This document shows, in pieces, positions 55,507 to 64,000 of a stretch of DNA of 64,000 nucleotides (the stretch's first letter is position 1; every line of letters begins with the position of its first letter). The translations under genes were made by a program, and so were the position numbers. The DNA comes from Neocallimastix sp. 'constans'. Its lineage: Eukaryota. Under the pieces are notes generated by a model. That model was not told the DNA's origin and did no database searches. It saw only the letters and a list, made by a program, of their open reading frames with translations. The stretch covers positions 186,001 through 250,000 of the forward strand of contig JBODTK010000123.1 in the NCBI GenBank assembly GCA_050613775.1. Reading direction: 5' to 3'.

Positions 55507-56526
55507 ATGAAATTACAACAAATTATTCCTTTCGCTTTTTCTTTAGCCGCTTCTTTGGTTTCTGCTCAAAGTTTCTGTTCAAGTGCTCAACACTCAGGAA
55601 CAAGTGTTAAAGAAACTAGTAATAAGGTTGGTAACATTGGAGGTATTGGTTATGAATTATGGGCTGATGGTGGTAATAACAGTGCTACTTTCTATTCTGA
55701 TGGTTCTTTCACTTGTTCATTCCAAGGTTCTAAGGATTATTTATGCCGTACCGGTCTTTCATTCGATAGTACTAAACCACATTCTCAAATTGGACATATG
55801 TATGCAGATTTTAAACTCATTAAACAAAACATTTCCAATGTCGATTATTCTTATGTAGGTATTTATGGTTGGACTAGAAATCCACTTGTTGAATTTTACA
55901 TTGTTGATAATTGGCTTAGTCAATATCGTCCAGGAGATTGGGTTGGTAATAAAAAGCATGGAGATTATATGATTGATGGAGCTACTTACACAGTTTTTGA
56001 AAATGATCGTTTTGGACCATCTATTGATGGAGATACTAATTTCAAACAATACTTCAGTATTCGTCAACAAGCTCGTGATTGTGGTACTATTGATATTACA
56101 GCGCACTTTGAACAATGGGAAAAACTTGGAATGAGAATGGGTAATTTACATGAAGCTAAAGTATTAGGAGAAGCCGGTAGTAATGGAGCAGGTACTAGTG
56201 GTACAGCGGATTTCCCATATGCTAAAGTTTATATTGGACAAGGAAATGGAGGAGCAGGTAATGCAGCCGCCGCACCAGCACCAGCTACTAATAATAATGG
56301 TGGTAACAATGGTGGTAATAATGGAGATTGGAACAACTGGAACAATAATAATAACAACAATAATGGATGGAATAATAATAATAACAATAATGGATGGAAC
56401 AATTGGAATAATTGGGGAAACAACAACAATAATGGATGGAACAATTGGAATAATTGGGGAAACAACAACAACAATGGATGGAATAACTGGAATAACAACA
56501 ATAATGGATGGCATAACTGGTACTAA
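55507..56526 (+). CDS. GH11 xylanase, copy 5 (339 aa)
   Basis: As copy 1, with one fewer AP unit and a distinct tail. Confidence 0.97.
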   Translation: MKLQQIIPFAFSLAASLVSAQSFCSSAQHSGTSVKETSNKVGNIGGIGYELWADGGNNSATFYSDGSFTCSFQGSKDYLCRTGLSFDSTKPHSQIGHMYADFKLIKQNISNVDYSYVGIYGWTRNPLVEFYIVDNWLSQYRPGDWVGNKKHGDYMIDGATYTVFENDRFGPSIDGDTNFKQYFSIRQQARDCGTIDITAHFEQWEKLGMRMGNLHEAKVLGEAGSNGAGTSGTADFPYAKVYIGQGNGGAGNAAAAPAPATNNNGGNNGGNNGDWNNWNNNNNNNNGWNNNNNNNGWNNWNNWGNNNNNGWNNWNNWGNNNNNGWNNWNNNNNGWHNWY

Positions 56527-56855
56527 GAACATTAATAAAAGTTCTTAATTAAATTCAATCATTTTTCTTATTTAAAATTTTTTAAATGGATATTATTATT
56601 TTAGTAGATACATAAACATAAATAAAAACTGAATAATTTATAATTTTGTTAAATAATAAAATGTTTTATATATATATGTAATATAAGTAAGAATTAAAAA
56701 AAAATAATTTAAATTATTATTGTATTAATAAATATATTTAAAAAATATTATAAATAAAAATTTTATTTATATTATTTAATGAAATTGCTTATTTTGTCAT
56801 TTTAATAATTTTATAATATATATATTTTAATAAATATATTCTGTATTAAATGTTA

Positions 56856-57023
<168 letters not shown>

Positions 57024-58036
57024 TTAAAATAAAAAATCAATAAAATAAGTTATTAAATTTCTAATTAATACTAAATGGAACAATTATTAATTAAAATAGA
57101 TTTTATTTTAATATTTAATATATTTTTATTCTTATCTTTCTTAATATTTTAAATAACAAAATTTATATAATAATTTAAGATTCAAAAATAATTTATATAC
57201 AAAACTTTAAAAGAAAGCTATAAATGAATTAATATTGAAGAGAAGAAATGTTTTTTAAAATACAAGTAAAATTTTCAAAAAAAAAGTAATACCACAAATT
57301 TTATTAAATTTTTAAATAAATAATTGTTATTGAATATTATAAATTGTTATAAAAAATAAGTTTTTTATAATTTTTATTTTAATTAATTACTTTAATTTTT
57401 CAGATATTTAAATTTCAATTACAAAGTTTTATTTCATTATTTTTATTAAATTTAAACAATTACATATTTCAAAATAATGTTAATAAAATTAAATAACTAT
57501 ATATAAATATTAAACTATTAAATGTTAAAAGCTTTTTCGATAATTTTTTTTTAAAAAAATCTTTTAAAATAAAATTTATGTAAATATAATAAAAATTTAT
57601 ACTTCCGATAAACACTTATATTTTTTTATAACAAAGTTTAGAATAATTATTAAAATATAAAAAATTATAGATTTATAAAAAAATATATAAATTATTGTTT
57701 AATAAATAATTTTTATTACAGTAGAAATTAAACTGTAGTTATTAACTTCAAATATGTGATTTATATTACAAATAATACGTATCCTTATTTATTAATTTTT
57801 ATATATCTTTATTTATTAATTTTTATATATTTAAATACAATTAATCTTTTTAATTTATATTTTTTTAATTCATATATATATTACATATATTTTATAAAAC
57901 ATTTTATTATTTAAACAATTAATAAATTATTCAGTTTTTATTTATGTTTATGTATCTATCAAAATGATAATATTCATTTTAAAAATTTTTAAAAAATAAA
58001 AATGATTGAATTTAATTAAGAACTTTTTTAATGTTC

Positions 58037-59089
58037 TTAGTACCAGTTGTGCCATCCATTATTATTGTTATTCCAGTTATTCCATCCATTGTTGTTGTTG
58101 TTTCCCCAATTATTCCAATTGTTCCATCCGTTATTGTTGTTGTTTCCCCAATTATTCCAATTGTTCCATCCATTATTGTTATTATTATTATTCCATCCAT
58201 TATTATTATTATTATTATTCCATCCATTATTGTTGTTGTTATTATTGTTCCAGTTGTTCCAATTTCCATTATTACCACCATTGTTACCACCATTATTATT
58301 AGTAGCTGGTGCTGGTGCTGGTGCGGCGGCTGCATTACCTGCTCCTCCATTTCCTTGTCCAATATAAACTTTAGCATATGGGAAATCCGCTGTACCACTA
58401 GTACCTGCTCCATTACTACCGGCTTCTCCTAATACTTTAGCTTCATGTAAATTACCCATTCTCATTCCAAGTTTTTCCCATTGTTCAAAGTGCGCTGTAA
58501 TATCAATAGTACCACAATCACGAGCTTGTTGACGAATACTGAAGTATTGTTTGAAATTAGTATCTCCATCAATAGATGGTCCAAAACGATCATTTTCAAA
58601 AACTGTGTAAGTAGCTCCATCAATCATATAATCTCCATGCTTTTTATTACCAACCCAATCTCCTGGACGATATTGACTAAGCCAATTATCAACAATGTAA
58701 AATTCAACAAGAGGATTTCTAGTCCAACCATAAATACCTACATAAGAATAATCGACATTGGAAATGTTTTGTTTAATGAGTTTAAAATCTGCATACATAT
58801 GTCCAATTTGAGAATGTGGTTTAGTACTATCGAATGAAAGACCGGTACGACATAAATAATCCTTAGAACCTTGGAATGAACAAGTGAAAGAACCATCAGA
58901 ATAGAAAGTAGCACTGTTATTACCACCATCAGCCCATAATTCATAACCAATACCTCCAATGTTACCAACCTTATTACTAGTTTCTTTAACACTTGTTCCT
59001 GAGTGTTGAGCACTTGAACAGAAACTTTGAGCAGAAACCAAAGAAGCGGCTAAAGAAAAAGCGAAAGGAATAATTTGTTGTAATTTCAT
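58037..59089 (-). CDS. GH11 xylanase, copy 6 (350 aa)
   Basis: As copy 1, with the longest tail. Confidence 0.97.
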   Translation of the reverse strand: MKLQQIIPFAFSLAASLVSAQSFCSSAQHSGTSVKETSNKVGNIGGIGYELWADGGNNSATFYSDGSFTCSFQGSKDYLCRTGLSFDSTKPHSQIGHMYADFKLIKQNISNVDYSYVGIYGWTRNPLVEFYIVDNWLSQYRPGDWVGNKKHGDYMIDGATYTVFENDRFGPSIDGDTNFKQYFSIRQQARDCGTIDITAHFEQWEKLGMRMGNLHEAKVLGEAGSNGAGTSGTADFPYAKVYIGQGNGGAGNAAAAPAPAPATNNNGGNNGGNNGNWNNWNNNNNNNNGWNNNNNNNGWNNNNNNNGWNNWNNWGNNNNNGWNNWNNWGNNNNNGWNNWNNNNNGWHNWY

Positions 59090-60808
59090 TTTAAATTAAA
59101 TAATTTTTTTATTTACAAATAAATATATAATTAATAATTAATAGATTCAACAAATATTCAACCAGTGAATATTATATATATAATTTTTATTATTCTAATT
59201 ATAAATTAAATACAATATTAAAATTATATTATTGAATTAAAAAAAATTTAGAAATTTTAAATCTTTAAATACTTAATTTTTTTTATGTAATAAAAATATA
59301 ATAATATTAATATTAATTTATAGTGATATAAATAATATTATTAAATAATGTGGATACATATATTTATATTAAATATCTTTAAAAACTTTTATTTATTTTG
59401 ACTAAATAAATTTAAAACTTTTAATTTATTAATAATTATTTCTTCTATTATATTCGTTTATCTTTTACTATTATATTTTGATCTAAAAATGAATAAATGT
59501 TAATATTAATATTATGATATTAATATAATAATAATGAATAAACCTTAAAATCTTTAATTTGTAATATATTAATTTGGTCAACTTAATTTAATTATTGGAT
59601 AAAAAGTAATTTTATTGATTATTAAATTGCACTTTAATTGAATATGCCGTTTTTATTAATTTAATATAATTTATGAGATATAAAAATTTTAAGTTAGATG
59701 AAACATTGAAACGTGGGCATTAATTTATATTATATTATTATATTAAATTTGAATTAAAAAAAAGTACTAAATTAAAATAATATAAAATAAAGATAAAAAT
59801 TCATATTTATATTCATTGGTATATAAAAAAACTAAGAGGTTAATAAAATTTTATTAAAATATTATTTAAATAATAGTGAAATTTTATTAGTATTATATTT
59901 AATACTTGTATAAATAATAATCAAAAAATACTTTTTTAGTTAGATATTAATTTTTTTTTATTTAAAAAAATAATAATAATAATAATTTTTGAATGTTATT
60001 GATATTTAATGTGGTTAAAAACATTTTTAAATAATTTTTAAATAATTTTTAAATAATTTTGAAACAATTTTGAATATAATTCTGAGTTTTGACATTTTAG
60101 ACTAAAAAGTAAACATCAAAATTTTATTATTTTGTAAATATATATAAATCATATTATATACAATAAATACATGATAAAATATATAATAGAATTATATTAA
60201 AAATTAATTTATTAATATTGAATAAAAATGAAAATTAAAACTAATATGTTTTTTTGTAGAATTTAATCTTTAATAAAAAAGCTATTTTTTATTCAATTAT
60301 TATATTAAATAACAAAATTAATATCATAAAAATTATTATTTTTAATTTATCTTATATTATTATATTAATATCATAATATTCTTCATATTATATATGAAAA
60401 ATCCTACAGTTCGAAATATATTGATAAAAATAAATGAAACAAAACAAAATTATTATTACTAAATTAAAAGTTTTAAATTAATTAAATTTAATATAATTAA
60501 AATATAGTTTTCTTAATTTTAATATCTTCATAATAACTATTAAATTATTAAATTATTAAATAAAATACTTAGTATTATAAAAGCTTAAGATCAAAATTTA
60601 TTAATATATTAATAAAATATTGAAATTAAAAAATATTTAAAGAATAGAAATTCTCTTCTTTTTTTCAAGTTTAAAAATATAATTAAATTTAATATTATAT
60701 TTATTTTATTATTAAAATAAAAAAAATTTTGTATTAAATATTCACTGGTTGAATATATATTGAATTTATTAAATATTTCTTTGTAAATAAAAAAATTATT
60801 TATTTAAA

Positions 60809-61840
60809 ATGAAATTACAACAAATTATTCCTTTCGCTTTTTCTTTAGCCGCTTCTTTGGTTTCTGCTCAAAGTTTCTGTTCAAGTGCTCAACACTCAGG
60901 AACAAGTGTTAAAGAAACTAGTAATAAGGTTGGTAACATTGGAGGTGTTGGTTATGAATTATGGGCTGATGGTGGTAATAACAGTGCTACTTTCTATTCT
61001 GATGGTTCTTTCACTTGTTCATTCCAAGGTTCTAAGGATTATTTATGCCGTACCGGTCTTTCATTCGATAGTACTAAACCACATTCTCAAATTGGACATA
61101 TGTATGCAGATTTTAAACTCATTAAACAAAATATTTCTAATGTCGATTATTCTTATGTAGGTATTTATGGTTGGACTAGAAATCCTCTTGTTGAATTTTA
61201 CATTGTTGATAATTGGCTTAGTCAATATCGTCCAGGAGATTGGGTTGGTAATAAAAAGCATGGAGATTATATGATTGATGGAGCTACTTACACAGTTTTT
61301 GAAAATGATCGTTTTGGACCATCTATTGATGGAGATACTAATTTCAAACAATACTTCAGTATTCGTCAACAAGCTCGTGATTGTGGTACTATTGATATTA
61401 CAGCGCACTTTGAACAATGGGAAAAACTTGGAATGAGAATGGGTAATTTACATGAAGCTAAAGTATTAGGAGAAGCCGGTAGTAATGGAGCAGGTACTAG
61501 TGGTACAGCGGATTTCCCATATGCTAAAGTTTACATTGGACAAGGAAATGGAGGAGCAGGTAATGCAGCCGCCGCACCAGCACCAGCACCAGCTACTAAT
61601 AATAATGGTGGTAATAATGGTGGTAATAATGGTGGTAATAATGGAAATTGGAACAACTGGAACAATAATAACAACAATAATAATGGATGGAATAATAATA
61701 ATAACAACAATAATGGATGGAACAATTGGAATAATAATAACAATAACGGATGGAACAATTGGAATAATTGGGGAAACAACAACAACAATGGATGGAATAA
61801 CTGGAATAACAATAACAATGGATGGCACAACTGGTACTAA
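60809..61840 (+). CDS. GH11 xylanase, copy 7 (343 aa)
   Basis: As copy 1, with an I to V change (GGVGYE) and an extra GGNN unit. Confidence 0.97.
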   Translation: MKLQQIIPFAFSLAASLVSAQSFCSSAQHSGTSVKETSNKVGNIGGVGYELWADGGNNSATFYSDGSFTCSFQGSKDYLCRTGLSFDSTKPHSQIGHMYADFKLIKQNISNVDYSYVGIYGWTRNPLVEFYIVDNWLSQYRPGDWVGNKKHGDYMIDGATYTVFENDRFGPSIDGDTNFKQYFSIRQQARDCGTIDITAHFEQWEKLGMRMGNLHEAKVLGEAGSNGAGTSGTADFPYAKVYIGQGNGGAGNAAAAPAPAPATNNNGGNNGGNNGGNNGNWNNWNNNNNNNNGWNNNNNNNNGWNNWNNNNNNGWNNWNNWGNNNNNGWNNWNNNNNGWHNWY

Positions 61841-63109
61841 GAATATTAATAAAAGTTCTTAATTAAATTCAATCGTTTATCTTCATTTTTAAATTTTTTT
61901 AAAATGGATATTATCATTTTAGTAGATACTTAAACATAAATAAAATACAAAGTAATTAGCAATTTTTTTAAATAATAGAATGTTTTATAGAAATATGTGA
62001 TATATATAAATTAAAAAAATATAAATTAAAACGATTAAATGTATTTATAAATATTTTAAAATTAATGAATAAAAATATGTTTTATTTGTAATAAAATCGA
62101 ATTTTTGAAATTTATATCATTTTAATTATTATTGTAATAAAAATTATTTATATTAAATAATACTATATAAATATATTATTTTAGAAAGCTGTAACATTTT
62201 TATAATTTTAATAATTATATTATTATTAAAATAGTATATATATCATAATTATTCATAATAATTTATGTAATAATTTTCATATATGATAAAATTTGTAGTA
62301 ATATCAAGTACAAAATAAGGTTCATTTAAATAATTTTTTATTACAAAAATTTAATCTAAAAAAAAAAAAAATTATATATATAAAAATTTATAAAAGATTA
62401 TGTCTGTAGAAGTCAATATATATTTTGGAATAAAAAAAAACACATAAGTATATATATTTATTTATTTATTCATTCATGTTTAATGACCATCTGTTTTTCA
62501 AGAAATGGAATAATATAAATGTCTTATTAAATGATAATCAAGTATTAAATTCTTATAATATTAATTTTTTTTTACAGTATCATATAAAAGAAAATAAATA
62601 TAAATTATATTTTAATTTATATAACAAAAACTAAAAATACTATATGGTAAGTACAGCTTCAAAAAAAAAAGCTAATTTTTCATTTAAATTTACGGTTAAG
62701 AAGTTCAATAAGAGCCTTTAAATTTAAAGAAATTGAGTAAACTCTTATTAAAACTAAATATTATATATATTGAATACAACAAAAAAAAATATTATATTTA
62801 TCAAACTATATAAAATATAAAGTAATAGTAATAATTTTTTAAAAAAATTTATTTTAAAAATATTATTTTATTATTAAATTAATTTTTATAAATAATAATA
62901 GTTACAATAAAAAAAATTAATAAAATTACTATTAAATATAAAATAACTTTTTTATTAAATTTTAAAAGTTAAAATAAATAGATTAATTAATTATGTATTA
63001 AATATAATAAATATTTAACTATATCTTTCTTTTTCCCTTTAGTAAATATATAATAAATAAATAAATAAATAAATATATTAATAGATATATAAATAATTAA
63101 ATAAATAAT

Positions 63110-63700
63110 TTATATTATTATAAAATAATCATAATTTAAAATTTTAGCAATGAGTTGTTTGAAATAGTTTTCATCAGTAACATTTTGAATGTTAAAATTT
63201 CCTCCTCTAATTTCATTAATATACTTATATTCAATTTTTGTTCTTCTTGTGGCATTTCTTATGAACTATTCATGTTCAAGATCAACATGGCCAATATCAA
63301 TGGCCTGATAACCATTTTTATATAAATCATATGCTAATACTGTTGTGGTAGGTCCTAACACAATAAGAACCAATTTATTTTTATCTAATTTTTAAGATTC
63401 TTCCATGATTTTATCACAGGAATCAAATACATATATAATACAAATTCCATTCTTTGAATGGAATTTGTATTATTTAAAAAGATTATTGCCTATACCAAGT
63501 CTTGATTCCTCACCTTCAATGATGACTATATCTTTCTTTTCCCATATTTTTCTCAATTTTCTCACATATTCAGGAGCACCATCATTGTTGATATAATCGA
63601 TATAATCAATATAAAATCTTGAAATTCTAGTGGAGGCACAAGTTTTATTTACATTTAATATCTTCAATAAATTATACATATTTAAAAATGAAGAGTTTAA
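63110..63700 (-). pseudogene. DUF1792 / GT-D-fold glycosyltransferase pseudogene (3' part only)
   Basis: STRISRFYIDY...LRKIWEKKDIVIIEGEESRLGIGNNLF, then after disruption DKNKLVLIVLGPTTTVLAYDLYKNGYQAIDIGHVDLEHE*. These are characteristic DUF1792 motifs, here carrying stops and frameshifts. Confidence 0.85.
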
Positions 63701-63705
63701 AGAAT

Positions 63706-63817
63706 CAGCACCGGTACCAGCACCATCACCAGCTGCTAATAATAATGGAAATAATAATGGTGGTAATAATAGAGATTGGAACAACCTGAACAATAACAAC
63801 AACAATAATAATAGTTG

Positions 63818-63855
<38 letters not shown>

Positions 63856-63971
63856 GATAGAACAATTGGAATAATAACAACAATAATAGTTGGAATAATT
63901 GGGGTAACAACAATAACAATGGATGGAATAACTCGAACTATAATAGCAATGGATGGCATAACTAGTGCTAA
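63706..63971 (+). pseudogene. Eighth GH11 relic: linker and N/G/W tail only
   Basis: APVPAPSPAANNNGNNNGGNNRDWNN... with TGG to TAG stops, ending ggatggcataactagtgctaa (intact copies: ggatggcacaactggtactaa). The catalytic domain is absent. Confidence 0.88.
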
Positions 63972-64000
63972 GCATATTAAAATGAATAATATTAAGTTTC

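Noticed and set aside
63470..63919. 149-aa minus-strand ORF as a real chimeric protein
   Set aside because: Its N-terminal half is the antisense of the GH11 tail relic. The DUF1792 part stops prematurely and is further disrupted downstream.

Overview
Extremely AT-rich eukaryotic DNA with GT-AG introns and long poly-A/T and (AAT)n tracts. Composition and gene content point to an anaerobic gut fungus (Neocallimastigomycota; inference). The left part holds a solo LTR, an intronless 3219-aa ankyrin-repeat gene, a lectin(SUEL)-GT34 glycosyltransferase gene and an AVT1-like amino acid transporter. It continues with a 2.9-kb non-autonomous LTR element next to an internally deleted Copia remnant, an ankyrin fragment and a TEX264/GyrI-like gene. 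The right 20 kb is an array of seven near-identical, intronless, secreted GH11 xylanase genes in strictly alternating orientation, each with a variable Asn/Gly/Trp tail. An eighth, tail-only relic is fused to a DUF1792 (GT-D) pseudogene. The strongest observation is that both types of inter-gene spacer occur in both orientations and that promoter types and 3' types appear in reciprocal combinations, which suggests an invertible, self-shuffling palindromic gene array. Other notable items are an apparent target-site preference of the LTR family, a foldback-rich 1.3-kb element and two GC-elevated non-coding islands with pairing potential. Family assignments come from motif recognition by eye; no database searches were run.
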